A DNA stretch of 64,000 nucleotides from Naegleria gruberi (Eukaryota). A program made the position numbers and the translations under genes. Below, piece by piece: positions 31,552 through 42,438 of the stretch (position 1 is its first letter; each line of letters begins with the position of its first letter). The stretch is from the NCBI GenBank assembly GCA_000004985.1, contig GG738860.1. One strand, 5' to 3'. Under the pieces are notes generated by a model, which was not told where the DNA came from, did no database searches, and saw only the letters and a list, made by a program, of their open reading frames with translations.

Positions 31552-34359
31552 TTACAAAAACTCACTAGTTTTTGCAGGACGTCTAATTGAATTTGTCATA
31601 CCATCATGAAATTCCAAATACATGGTATGAATTGATTTGAGTTGAGATCGTCTTCTATTCTTTTGCTCAATAGCAACTTGAGCACTGACATTCTTTGGAG
31701 AGGCCATTGGAGAAGATTTAATCTTTTCTAACATTTCTTCATTGGTTTGTTCATTCTTCTTTTTGAACTTTCTCTCTAATTTTTCAAAGTGAAGAGCGGA
31801 AGAGATAATCTTTTTGAAAGACTCACTAATTACAACAGGATTATTTTCCTGGTTTGGAGTAGATGAGTTTGGTGGTTGTGGGATTGTTTTTTGGGAGGTT
31901 TTTTCTTGCTTTTGGTTGGATGGATACACACTCACTTCATCAAGTGGAGGATCAATCATATTTTCATGAGTTTCATTCACATAGGTCTGTTTGACATTAA
32001 TTCCATATGAAATACAAATATCCAAAATCCTCTCAAAAGCAAATCTTTCCATATCATTTCTAAACAGTTGTCTCAAACCCTTCATACCAGAATGAGCCAA
32101 GGAAGAAAGTGCTGATCCGCTGTTCAAATTTGCAAAGTGTTTGTTGGAAAGGATTTGATAAATAAATGGAGAGACATCGGTGGCCAAATCCTTTACTGAC
32201 ATGGCTGTTGGACATGTAGAGTAATCTTCACTATCATATGTATTTGGAGTGAAACAATTCGAATGTAAAGTCTTGAAAATATTTTCCTTATGTGTTAAGC
32301 TTCTCTTGAAATCACCTTGTTGTTTTGGATATTGAATAAAATCACTGGAAATATCAAATCCTGATTTTTTACAATCCTTAAATATCTTGGTAAGGGTAGC
32401 TACACGATAGACTTGAAGTGACCTTTCCTGATGTCTGTTAGAAGTAACATCCAACATATCAGACCATTCAACCCATTCCAAAACATTAGAAATATCCTTC
32501 ATTGATGAACCAGTACTGAAAGTAGGATAATTTTCAAAGCAACCATTCATAAGACTATCCATCTTATCCAACTCTCCCAACAAGTTATTATACAAGCTTA
32601 AAATATTATGTTGATATTTTGTGATTAGTGTTGAGTCTGCCTTTTTTGTTTTGAATATTATGTTCATGGCATCGAAAATATCCTTCTTTACATCCTTGGT
32701 GATGGACATCATTTCTGTTATAGATTTAGACTTGTCAAAACTCATGAATTGGATAGTATTCAAACATGAACGAATATCATTGTCAGAGTCCTTTACAAAA
32801 AGTGTCAAATCATGTCTGGACACACTGCTTAATAAATGTTCCCTCTTCAATATCATGCTCAATCTATCCACAATTCTTTGAGTATTATCAGTTCTGACGT
32901 CATCTCTTCTAAAGACAAGTAATTTACTTCTTTGTCTCAATTCTTTCAATCCAGGTGAGTAACTGTATTATATTTCACAATTCCATATTGACATGTTTAT
33001 AAATTAATAAAACAATTAAAATTATTAAATAGTATAAATAAGAAACATGTAAAATAATACAAATACTCACTGATCATTGCAAATACAAATAATTGGACGC
33101 AAAAGTCCTGGATCTTTCTTCTTCTTATTCTTTTCAACTTTAACTCCTGATTTGTTCTTCTTACTCTTTGAAGATTCAGGCTTTTCCTTCTTTGTTTCTT
33201 TGGATACTTTTGGATAGGCAATTTTTAAAATTTCAGAAACAACCGACTTGTTCTCAGAGTTGTGCACTCCATCAATTTCGTCCAAAATCAATAGCTTTGG
33301 CTTTTTACTTCCAAAGACTGTTTGCATTTGTGTGACTTTTTGAATTTCTGGAATGAGTTTTTCCTTAGATCTATCATCAGATGCATTCACTTCAATTGGT
33401 TCATAACCTGCTTGCTTGGCTGCAATGTGAGCAAGAGTAGTTTTACCAATACCAGGAGGTCCAGCAATGAGGAGAATCTTGTGTTCAGGACCAATAGTTT
33501 GCTTCTTTTGAAACTTTTTAGAAGGATCATTATTTTGATGTTGTTGTTGTTGTTGTTGTTATCCTTCTTTTGAGAATTGTTGTTATTGTTTGATCTTGGA
33601 GCAAAAAAGTTTCTTGCCTTATCTGAGGATGAGCTTGTTGTTGTAGAGGCATTACTCGATTGTAAATTCTTCTTTTGTTTGGCCAATTCTGGGAAAACAA
33701 TTGTATCCCATTCCTTTATCCATCTCAAAACTTCTGAATTTGTTTTCTTTACAGAATGTCACATTAATAATGGCAAAATGACAACTTACATCATCAGTTA
33801 AGAGATCCAAGTATGACTTTGGAGAATACTTGTCGACCAATAGTTCAAACTTTTTTGGTTTTGTATCTACAATTTCCACATCTCCATCATTGTCATGTTT
33901 GGATGATACTTGTTCTTTACTCTTTAAATTTTCTCTTGCCTTCTTTTTAATTTCAGTCTCGTATCTGATCCTTTTGACATCTTCCAATAGATCGTTGAAA
34001 GGTGTTTTGAGAAAACTTCTTCCAATATTTAATTTACTGGAAACATTATCGAGAGGTTTAATTTCATTGTCTTCTTCCATAAACGTCAGATAACACATAT
34101 CACCATCCTTTGATCCAATGCAAGCAATAAAATCCTTGTCAGTTGGTGGCAAATCATCATAGTAAATTCCTTTAAAAGTCTCCGATTTCATATCACTACT
34201 GTCCTCATCATCTACAATAATGGATGAACCGTAAACACTCAAAGTGTGTGATGGTGGTGAGTGAAACTTTAATCTCTTCAATTCTTGTTCGGCAAGAGAG
34301 TTTCCACCACAGTGTTTTTGATCCTTCTCTTCATAATCCAAACGATTTCTTTTAGACAT
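31552..34359 (-). CDS. Ctf18/RFC1-like AAA+ clamp-loader large subunit with three exons: 33790..34359, 33071..33746 and 31552..32962
   Basis: The first intron, 33747..33789, is 43 nt with a GTAAGT donor and a ..TAAAG acceptor. Splicing restores LLTDD|KTNSEVLRWIKEWD. Walker A is LLIAGPPGIGKTTLAHIA, Walker B is KLLILDEIDG and sensor-1 is RPIICICND. The second intron, 32963..33070, is 108 nt with a GTGAGT donor and restores RPIICICND|HYSPGLKELRQRSKLL. There is an extra -1 frame break in exon 2 at the (AAC)n microsatellite near 33541-33561. Confidence 0.8.
33541..33561. repeat. (GTT)7 on the plus strand, equivalent to (AAC)7 coding, a microsatellite inside Ctf18-like exon 2. It coincides with a frame shift.
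   Basis: ttgttgttgttgttgttgtt. Confidence 0.8.
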
Positions 34360-34463
34360 TTTTTATTTATTTAAATTTTTCAAAATTTGAATGGCGGCAA
34401 ACAAGAAAACTAGCCGTTAACAAATCAAAAAAATTCAAATCTCACCAATCCATCCGTGAGTCT

Positions 34464-35252
34464 TTATTTCGATGCAGAAGCAGATGAAGGTTTAGATTTT
34501 GGTACTCTGGCATTTCTACTCTTGTTTGCTACTCGTAAATCATTGATATATTGTTTCATCATGGTATATTTGTGCTTTCCTAGAGCGTGCAGATAATTCC
34601 ACGAGTAGATACCTGAATCGTGTCCATCCGAGAAGATTATCCTAATAGCATACGTTCCAACCATTTCAATATTCGATATTTTAATTCCTCTCTTTCCAAA
34701 GACAAGTCGTTTCTGTCCTCCCTCACCTTGTACTTCAGCAGAGGGACTCTCCACTCGTAGAAATTCTGCCAACAGACTTGTTACTACTAGTGATTGTGGA
34801 TTATTGATAGTAAAGTGGAGTTCGAGAGTGGTCTTTTGTTTCCTCAGCTTGATTTCCTTCATTTGAATATTGTCTCCGTATGGCTTCTTTGGATCCATTG
34901 GAAGATCGATGGAGAGTTTTCTCGACTTGTTGATTTCATGTTGTTCTGTAGCTACAGTGGTTGCTGCTGGATTCATTCGTGAGGAAGCCCTTACCAAGTG
35001 ATCAGGTATCGAGTGAGAATATTGTTGTATCATGTCTCTGAGTTTTTCTCTAGATGAAGATGAGGGAGAAGAATTATCATTATCGGAACAAGCCTTCTCT
35101 TGATGTTGTGTAATGTGGTTAATATTATGTGAGAAGGAGCAATGTTGTTGATTGTTGCTGTAAAAGAAGTTGAAGAAATTGTTTTTGTAGTATGATGATG
35201 GAAGCTTGTTCTTCTTTAGCAGTAAGGAAAGCTTGAGTGTTGATGCAAACAT
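34464..35252 (-). CDS. DUF971 protein (the N-terminal-like family of gamma-butyrobetaine hydroxylase), possibly mitochondrial
   Basis: The C-terminal segment IEMVGTYAIRIIFSDGHDSGIYSWNYL matches the DUF971 signature (VGNYA..I.WSDGH.SGIY....L). The N-terminus, MFASTLKLSLLLKK, resembles a presequence. Confidence 0.6.
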   Translation of the reverse strand: MFASTLKLSLLLKKNKLPSSYYKNNFFNFFYSNNQQHCSFSHNINHITQHQEKACSDNDNSSPSSSSREKLRDMIQQYSHSIPDHLVRASSRMNPAATTVATEQHEINKSRKLSIDLPMDPKKPYGDNIQMKEIKLRKQKTTLELHFTINNPQSLVVTSLLAEFLRVESPSAEVQGEGGQKRLVFGKRGIKISNIEMVGTYAIRIIFSDGHDSGIYSWNYLHALGKHKYTMMKQYINDLRVANKSRNARVPKSKPSSASASK

Positions 35253-35705
35253 TTTTTGATAGGTTTGATTGTTCTCTATTCGTGCATGTTGAGTTGTTAA
35301 CAATTAAATAATATTAAATATTATTCATTCAATGAACAGATTCTCAACCATTTCGAAATCTAACAATTATTGCTGCATACGTAGGATAACACAAGATTCT
35401 CAGGTTCATAAAGTTAAATTCTAATATTTAACGGATTAATATTCCCGCCAATTTAAAAAAGTGTTTTCTCAAAAAAAAGAGTGTGGTAATATTTTGAAAA
35501 TTGCCAGAAAAGTTGTTGCAAGCTAAAAGGTGTGAAGAAAAACAAGACAGGAGAGGATTGATCAAACACAAGAATAATCGGATGACCTTTTCATCATCAA
35601 CAAGAAGAGCAACAAGACTTTAATATACAGATAAAAAGGAACAACATCAGCAACCTTTTCAAATTATCAATAATACCAACACAATAATTTATTAACAACT
35701 TCATC

Positions 35706-38675
35706 ATGTTCGGAAGTACAAACAATAAGACTCAATACAATTTTGAAACCACTTCAACAACACCTTTCCAACAACAATTACACAATGAATCAACGAGAAC
35801 TCCAAACACAGCACTAAACAATCTGATCGGAAGAAAATTAATCGATACTAGTCTCTATTCTACTGATTATTCAACAACTGAGGATGCTTCAGTGTTCTAT
35901 ACTCCCCATTCAAACTTGGGAGGCCAGCAAGCCGACATGTTAAAGAAGAACTCTTGCCCTCAAAATCCACCAATTTCAAACACTACCAAATTTGCCCAAG
36001 CACCCTTTGGTTCATTCAATAACGAATTGAGGGGTCAATTCAAGTCATCATCTCAAATCAATAACCATACTCAAACGAGTGGTAACAATAGTTTACTTCG
36101 CAGAGCCATCTCTCAAAAGTATTCACCAAATGTTGCAGCAAACACTGTAACTTTTATAAGTAATAACACGACAGCAAGTACTGAGGATTTGGAAGATGAT
36201 TGCTTTGGATCTCCAACAACACCATCCTCGTATCATCAACAGTATGAAGTTATGACTTCAGATTCTGCAACACCAGTTTCAAAGCTTAGTACGAGTACCA
36301 TTTCCAAGAAATCTCCCCTTCTGACCGATGATTATTCCTCCCATCAATCTACTAATAAGAGTACAACAGGATGTAACACTTTGAGTAGTGGCAGGACCAA
36401 GTCAAGTGAGGCACTTTCATCTACCAAATCATCGTGGTCCAAGCCAAAAGCTTGTCACAGTTTTAAGATTGATAATCCATTTCTCAATGACAAGAGTCAT
36501 TTAAATGAAAATTATTCTTGCTCGTATGTGAGAGAGGACAATTTCATGGCCAATCATCACTTTAATCGTCACAATACCAGTGGTCATTGTAATAATAGAG
36601 AGAAGAAAGCCATTTTTGAATTAAGCGTCAATGAAGAAGATTTGAGAATACTCGAGGAGGGTATTCCATATCAAAACAATTCATCATCCAACACAACGTG
36701 GTTTAATACTACCATTCAACCACAACAATTTTCCAATAATAAGGAAGAGACAATCAAACCAGTCAACCCAATTTCACCTCCATTTTTGAATTCACCACAA
36801 AGAGATCATCAAGGCAATTTTACCAAGAGCCAAATCGAGACTGACAAAAGCTACAATAACATTAGCAAATCTTCCACTAGTAAGGACTCTGCAAGGTATT
36901 TATCAATAATAGACCATCAACATACTATTGCATCCACCAATTATGAAAATAACAAGTTAGAGAAAATCCATACTGATCACTGTGATCCATCACATCAAAT
37001 TGATACCGCACGATGTGTTCCAAAAAATTCTACATTTGAAATCAATCTTGATGGGTCGAGAAGTTGTACATCAAGCAATGATAAGCTGCAAGACTTTAAA
37101 AGTTGTATGGAAGAAGTGCAAGAAAGTGCAAAATTCCAGCCTGAAAAAAAACAAACATCATCTCGAGGCACTACATCTGCTGTGTTTTGCTCGAGTATCA
37201 TCACTCATACTGCTGCTGAAACAGGAATTGAGAATAATCCTCTACTTGACGATTGTACTTTCCTACCATCACCAATATTACCAAAGGAGAGTGTCAGGTC
37301 AAACAATACATCGACTCTACATATCATTGATCATTCTTTATTGTTCAGAGACGATCAAGAAGAAGAAGAAACCAAGTCAATCGAAAAGACAACTTTGGTT
37401 AAGCCTGATATTAATAGCAGAGAATCAACACAAGGCGACAAGATGCTTCAAGCAGTTTCCATCAGAAATGATTTGAACCACTTTTCTAATCAACTCCAAT
37501 TTGTAAGAATGCCAATTGGTGGTAACAAGGCTAGACATCAACAACAAGAACAACCAATGGTCACCCTAAAGAAAGTTACTACCACACCAAAGAAGAATAT
37601 TCTCAAGCAAGAGATTAATAGACCTGCTGCTATTTCCGAATTGGCTTGCTCATTCAAAGCTAATGACGGATTTTTCATGAATCAAAGCATACTTCATCAA
37701 GATGATATGGACATTGATGATTGTGAGGAATTCGAAAAGAATAAGCAAAGATTCAAGAACAAGTTCATCAAGAGAAGAGCCAAACTCTTACTCAACTCTG
37801 AACAAGTCAATATCATTACAGCTAGAAGCTTGAGTGAAAATCTGAGAATTGTCACTGAAAAGGCTTGCCTTCTTCAAAAGCTCAAATTACAACTTGAAGA
37901 AAAGACCTTGGCCATCCAACGTGTTTGTGATAGAATTGTCCATGAAGATTTATCTTGGCAATTGGAAGATATCATTACAGAGTCAACAACCTTTTGGTCA
38001 ACATGTGATCAAGTGAATACTGCCTCACCTTTCTCTGTTCTTCAATTTTTAAATAAGGTCTGTGAATCTGAGAATGAAATCATCAATGCCATTGAAGATT
38101 TGATTGACTTTGTCATTACCTCAGCAAAGAGAATGTGTAAAAAGCATTCTTTAAACATTAATATAATCCTAGATACAATCAGAGAGTCTGCTGCTATAGA
38201 ATTATCGAGTACAAGATCATACACCCAACTCAAATCTGCTGCCAGTAAGCAGCAACAACGTTCCTCCTCTACCAAACCATCCACCACCATTAATCACCAC
38301 ATTTCCTCTAACTTTTCTCCAATCACATCCTTCTCCTCCACTAGTGAATATAGCCTATACTCGATGAAACCATCCAACAAGAATATCACCAATTTTGAGC
38401 ATACCACAACACCTGAAACACTTGACCAAGTTTTTGATATCAAGAAGAGAAGCGAGCTCTTTGAAATTATTGATAATAACGTAGATACAGTGCTGGATAT
38501 TTGTTCTGCCATTCGTCACTATGCCAGTGATGAAAAGATGGAAGCTCTTGATACTGTATTTGAGGAAAAGTTTTCAGCATATTGCAAGATTTTGGATGAA
38601 ATGAAAAATTACTCTGGTATTGATTTTGATATTTCCCTTAGTGGTTCAGATGTCTGTGGTGTTTCCTTTTACTAA
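35706..38675 (+). CDS. Large S/T/N-rich hypothetical protein of 989 aa
   Basis: Single-exon ORF that is mostly low-complexity, with a structured C-terminal 250 aa. Confidence 0.6.
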   Translation: MFGSTNNKTQYNFETTSTTPFQQQLHNESTRTPNTALNNLIGRKLIDTSLYSTDYSTTEDASVFYTPHSNLGGQQADMLKKNSCPQNPPISNTTKFAQAPFGSFNNELRGQFKSSSQINNHTQTSGNNSLLRRAISQKYSPNVAANTVTFISNNTTASTEDLEDDCFGSPTTPSSYHQQYEVMTSDSATPVSKLSTSTISKKSPLLTDDYSSHQSTNKSTTGCNTLSSGRTKSSEALSSTKSSWSKPKACHSFKIDNPFLNDKSHLNENYSCSYVREDNFMANHHFNRHNTSGHCNNREKKAIFELSVNEEDLRILEEGIPYQNNSSSNTTWFNTTIQPQQFSNNKEETIKPVNPISPPFLNSPQRDHQGNFTKSQIETDKSYNNISKSSTSKDSARYLSIIDHQHTIASTNYENNKLEKIHTDHCDPSHQIDTARCVPKNSTFEINLDGSRSCTSSNDKLQDFKSCMEEVQESAKFQPEKKQTSSRGTTSAVFCSSIITHTAAETGIENNPLLDDCTFLPSPILPKESVRSNNTSTLHIIDHSLLFRDDQEEEETKSIEKTTLVKPDINSRESTQGDKMLQAVSIRNDLNHFSNQLQFVRMPIGGNKARHQQQEQPMVTLKKVTTTPKKNILKQEINRPAAISELACSFKANDGFFMNQSILHQDDMDIDDCEEFEKNKQRFKNKFIKRRAKLLLNSEQVNIITARSLSENLRIVTEKACLLQKLKLQLEEKTLAIQRVCDRIVHEDLSWQLEDIITESTTFWSTCDQVNTASPFSVLQFLNKVCESENEIINAIEDLIDFVITSAKRMCKKHSLNINIILDTIRESAAIELSSTRSYTQLKSAASKQQQRSSSTKPSTTINHHISSNFSPITSFSSTSEYSLYSMKPSNKNITNFEHTTTPETLDQVFDIKKRSELFEIIDNNVDTVLDICSAIRHYASDEKMEALDTVFEEKFSAYCKILDEMKNYSGIDFDISLSGSDVCGVSFY

Positions 38676-39202
38676 AGATGAATTAAGTTTCCTCTTTATC
38701 ATTTAATGTGTAGCCATCTACCACCAAGTTCATCTCCATTCATTGATTGTTACACACAAAGAAGAAATAAATCTCTCCTTCTTAGAGAGACATTATTATT
38801 GATACCCACTACATTTTATACAATAAGAGCATGGATATTGATTGATTATCCAATCGATTGGAGGAACATTAATTGATCAACTAGAGTGACCCTTATTACA
38901 ATTAATTGTAAACACTGTATCAATACCAATCCGAAATAGGTCATAAATAGGGTCGCAGCGTTATCAACTCAACCAACGAACCTTCAACAATCTGTTCATG
39001 AACATGCTCACTCTAGTAAGCTTTTTTGTAACACGACACGCAATGCGTGGCCTTAAAGCTTTGACCTCATTATTTTGAATAATTCCATTAAGCGCACAAT
39101 GTTAAAATTGTCCAAATATGGGCAATTTTATGTTGTGGTCAGAGCCTTAAATACTCAACCAAAGATTAACTTTATTTCACACACAAGCAAACAAACAAAA
39201 AA

Positions 39203-39562
39203 ATGTCTTTCCCAATCCCATCTCCATACCAATACGACGATTCCTTCTGCGTTGGAAACGCTGAAATCAATGAGCAACATAAGAAGCTTTTCGAATTGAT
39301 CAATGCTTTGGACGCCAACAGAACTTGTGGTACCACTTTGAAGACTTTGTTGGACTATGTTGTTATGCACTTCAAGACTGAAGAAGATTTGTTTGCCAAG
39401 CACGCTTGGTCTGAATCTGCTGCTCACAAGGAAATTCACGACAAGTTTGTTCAAGATGCTTTGGGTTTGACCTCAGTTGGTGATGCTGAAATGCAATTCA
39501 TCAGACAATGGTTGGTTGATCACATTATGGGATCTGACATGAAGTACAAGGGTGTTATCTAA
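39203..39562 (+). CDS. Hemerythrin of 119 aa, Nfa1-type
   Basis: All diiron ligand motifs are present in the canonical spacing: EQH, VMHFKTEED (HxxxE), HKEIHDKF (HxxxH) and WLVDHIMGSD (Hx4D). Both the length and the opening PIPSPYQYDDSFCVGN match the hemerythrin family. Confidence 0.85.
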   Translation: MSFPIPSPYQYDDSFCVGNAEINEQHKKLFELINALDANRTCGTTLKTLLDYVVMHFKTEEDLFAKHAWSESAAHKEIHDKFVQDALGLTSVGDAEMQFIRQWLVDHIMGSDMKYKGVI

Positions 39563-39690
39563 ATTCTCTGGAGAATAAAAACAATTGTATTTTTAAAGTA
39601 AAATAACCTTCATAAAATTGTTGTAATAAAGGAAATGAAATCATTGTTTTGGGAAAAGGAAACCAGGTTGCTAAACACCAGATAATTAAA

Positions 39691-39779
39691 AGGCGACTGA
39701 GGGAATTGAACCCTCGACCCTCAGTTATCTCAGCATTACTGCCTACAAGACTGATGCACTACCACTGTGCTAAGCCGCC
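39691..39779 (-). tRNA. tRNA-Thr (anticodon UGU) with a 17-nt intron at the canonical position between 37 and 38
   Basis: Reverse complement is GGCGGCTTAGCACAGTGGTAGTGCATCAGTCTTGTA[GGCAGTAATGCTGAGAT]AACTGAGGGTCGAGGGTTCAATTCCCTCAGTCGCCT. The exonic sequence closely resembles eukaryotic tRNA-Thr(UGU): anticodon loop CTTGTAA, variable loop GGGTC and discriminator T. Confidence 0.8.
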
Positions 39780-40497
39780 TTACATGTAACTGAAAACATT
39801 TTAACATACATACAATATCAACACCAACCTTTATCGGCCAAGTGAACCAACGTTGAATGTTTTAATGATAATAATATTCTTATAGGGAAAATAATGTTAT
39901 GAAACATCAGATTTATACTTTAGATATTGCTTGAATAATGTATGAAGATATGAAATTCACACCACCACCTTGGAAATATGATTTTTCAGAAGCTTTTTGG
40001 ATGGAACACAGATCTTGAAATCAAATCGATTCACTTTCGTTTCATTTGACTATGGTGGAATGAAATTTTTGATAAGTGTAAAAGTTGAACTTTGGATTTG
40101 AAAATAATATTATTGCTTGCCATTCAATTCGTTTTGATTTGTTCATTGATTGTATTGGTATTAATCTGTTCCATGTCTATTGTGTGAAAGAGAGAAGGAA
40201 AGGAACAAGACACCACAATAAATTGAATACTCAACATTCAATAGACAATTTGTAAATTAAAATTGATCAAAACGTACTTTACACTATTTTACACTATAAT
40301 TTCAATTAAACTTTTCAAATTCCTTTCCAAAATTATTATTCCGAATATTTCTCCCATTTCCTTTCCTTGAAATTACAAAACATCACAAAAAAATAGAACA
40401 AAGTTGCAACTAGATTTATTTAATTTCTTCTGCATGAAACTCTATCTCTCAAGATCCTTCTAGAAAAAAGAGAGATCATCACAAGTAGATAAAGACA

Positions 40498-42095
40498 ATG
40501 CACACTAAAGATTTTCTCTCCTTTGTAAATTCTTCCGAGCCATGTACTTCAAAAACTGGCTTACCATCATCATCAAGTAATAATAATACAACAACAACTA
40601 CCACTACTAATAATACGAATACAAATACAAATAATAATAATACAACAGCAATAGTAAATAATGGTATTACACCATGGAAACCCTATTCTATTGATACATT
40701 TTCTGCTAATTTTGCACAACCTTTGAATAGTAATTTTGCTAGTGAAGTAACAAATCAACCTTCTGTACAAAGTTCTTATCCGAATAGTAGTTGTATTAAT
40801 AGTGATGTAAATTCGGATGCTTCACGTAATTCATCTCAACCTTCTTCTTTCTATGATTTCTTATTAATTAATACTGGTCTTATTTCATCGCCAACAATTC
40901 CCTTCTTGGCATCACCTTTTGATCAGAATGATCAACCTCTTGTTAGTATGTATCAATATTAATTATATAATTAATCGTCATCTTTAATTATTTTAATACA
41001 ATTTTGTATACAGTACAAGGAAGTAAAGTTGGTAAAAAACTAATCTTTACAGTTGGACCTAATGGGTTAATGCCTGGAGAAATGTGTGAAGGTCATATTA
41101 ATATACCCTATGATGATTTGGAGCTAGTAGGAAAATATGTGGGAAGTGGAAGTTTTGGACATGTTGTAGTTGCAAAACATAAAGTTACTGGAAAGAAGTA
41201 TGCTCTCAAAATGATCTATCAAGATAGTAATCATTTGGAATTATCTCAAAAGATGGAATGGGCCGAGTTTGCAGCCATTTACTTTTGTGATCACTTGTCA
41301 TTGATCAAGGTTCATGAATGTTACTATAGAAATTTATGTTTTTATATGCTATTGGATTATTGTAATTGTGGAAGTTTGAGAGATATCTTAAAGGTAGTGC
41401 CAGTGGAAAATATCACTGAGAGAATATTATCAGTTATTGCAGAAAAGGTTTTAATTGGATTGGACCATTTGCAACAAAATCATGTCATTCACAGAGACAT
41501 CAAACCTGAAAATATTCTTGTAAACTATGACAAGACAATTAAGAAGGCTGAGATTAAAATTGGAGACTTTGGACTCTGTGGACACAAGAAATTGGAGACT
41601 GGTTCTACATTTTTCAAGACAGTGAATGGAACATTTATCTATAGATCTCCAGAAAGACTTTTAGAGGATAATTACAACTATACAAGTGATATTTGGAGTC
41701 TGGGAGTGATGGCTGTAGAGCTCATAGTTGGAAGTCACCCTCTCATAGATATGGACATTACTGATAGTAATAGAGACAACCTCTATCAAATACCAGAAAT
41801 TATAATGAATGCTGTAAATAATCACAAGTTTGGAAAAAATTCTGAGAAGGTTCTGAGTGAAGAATTTAAAAATTTTGTAAAGAAGTGTTGTGAATATGAG
41901 CAACAGAAGAGACCATTTGCTCGTGAAATGCTCTCACACGCTTGGATTAAAAAGTTCAAAGACAGAGATAATGATGTTTTGTTTAGTGAGTGGCTAGCCT
42001 TATTCTATCTCAAAAAGAAGAATCAATTCAACATTCCAGCAGAATCACCTAAAAATCAATTGAACGCCTTTACTGGATTCAGTCACCATAAGTAA
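40498..42095 (+). CDS. STE/MAP2K-like Ser/Thr protein kinase with an N/T-rich N-terminal region. Two exons, 40498..40945 and 41014..42095.
   Basis: A 68-nt intron at 40946..41013 has a GTATGT donor and a ..TATACAG acceptor, joining ...DQNDQPLV|IQGSKVGKK. Kinase motifs are VGSGSFGHVVVAKHKVTGKKYALK, HRDIKPENILVN, GDFG, SPERL and SDIWSLG. Confidence 0.75.
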
Positions 42096-42237
42096 CCATT
42101 TCTTACAAGAATAAACGCAACACTACAAGAATTATAATACCAGCTAAGTCAGCTCGCAAGCGTATGTAGTACCACTAACAAGTGCTGGTTAAATTCCTTG
42201 CTTGCACGATTTGGCCTTAATACTATCTTAATCACCA

Positions 42238-42320
42238 GCCCGCGTAGCAGAGTGGTCAAATGCGTAAGACTTAAGATCTTATCCCGAATGGGTTCGTGGG
42301 TTCGAACCCCACCGCTGGCA
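42238..42320 (+). tRNA. tRNA-Leu (anticodon UAA), class II with a long variable arm
   Basis: GCCCGCGTAGCAGAGTGGTCAAATGCGTAAGACTTAAGATCTTATCCCGAATGGGTTCGTGGGTTCGAACCCCACCGCTGGCA. Anticodon stem TAAGA/TCTTA with loop CTTAAGA. D-arm and T-arm as in eukaryotic tRNA-Leu(UAA). Confidence 0.85.
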
Positions 42321-42438
42321 ATTCCTTTTGACATATTTCATTTTTTTACAACAATGTACAATAACAACAGCAGAATTTACTATTGAGGAAGGGAGACTGA
42401 GATGGTGAGTTTATTTTTGTGAGAGCATTTAGAATAAA

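Noticed and set aside
33067-33390. ORF track treats 33067..33390, 33387..33728 and 33652..34359 as three separate minus-strand genes
   Set aside because: They are exons and frames of one Ctf18-like gene. The stops at 33067 and 33652 fall inside introns or in out-of-frame tails.
36982-37476. 164-aa ORF in an alternate frame within the 35706..38675 gene, plus similar nested ORFs at 12041-12543, 25113-25526, 44828-45382 and 58102-59148
   Set aside because: They overlap longer ORFs whose codon usage and periodicity are better. No independent support exists.
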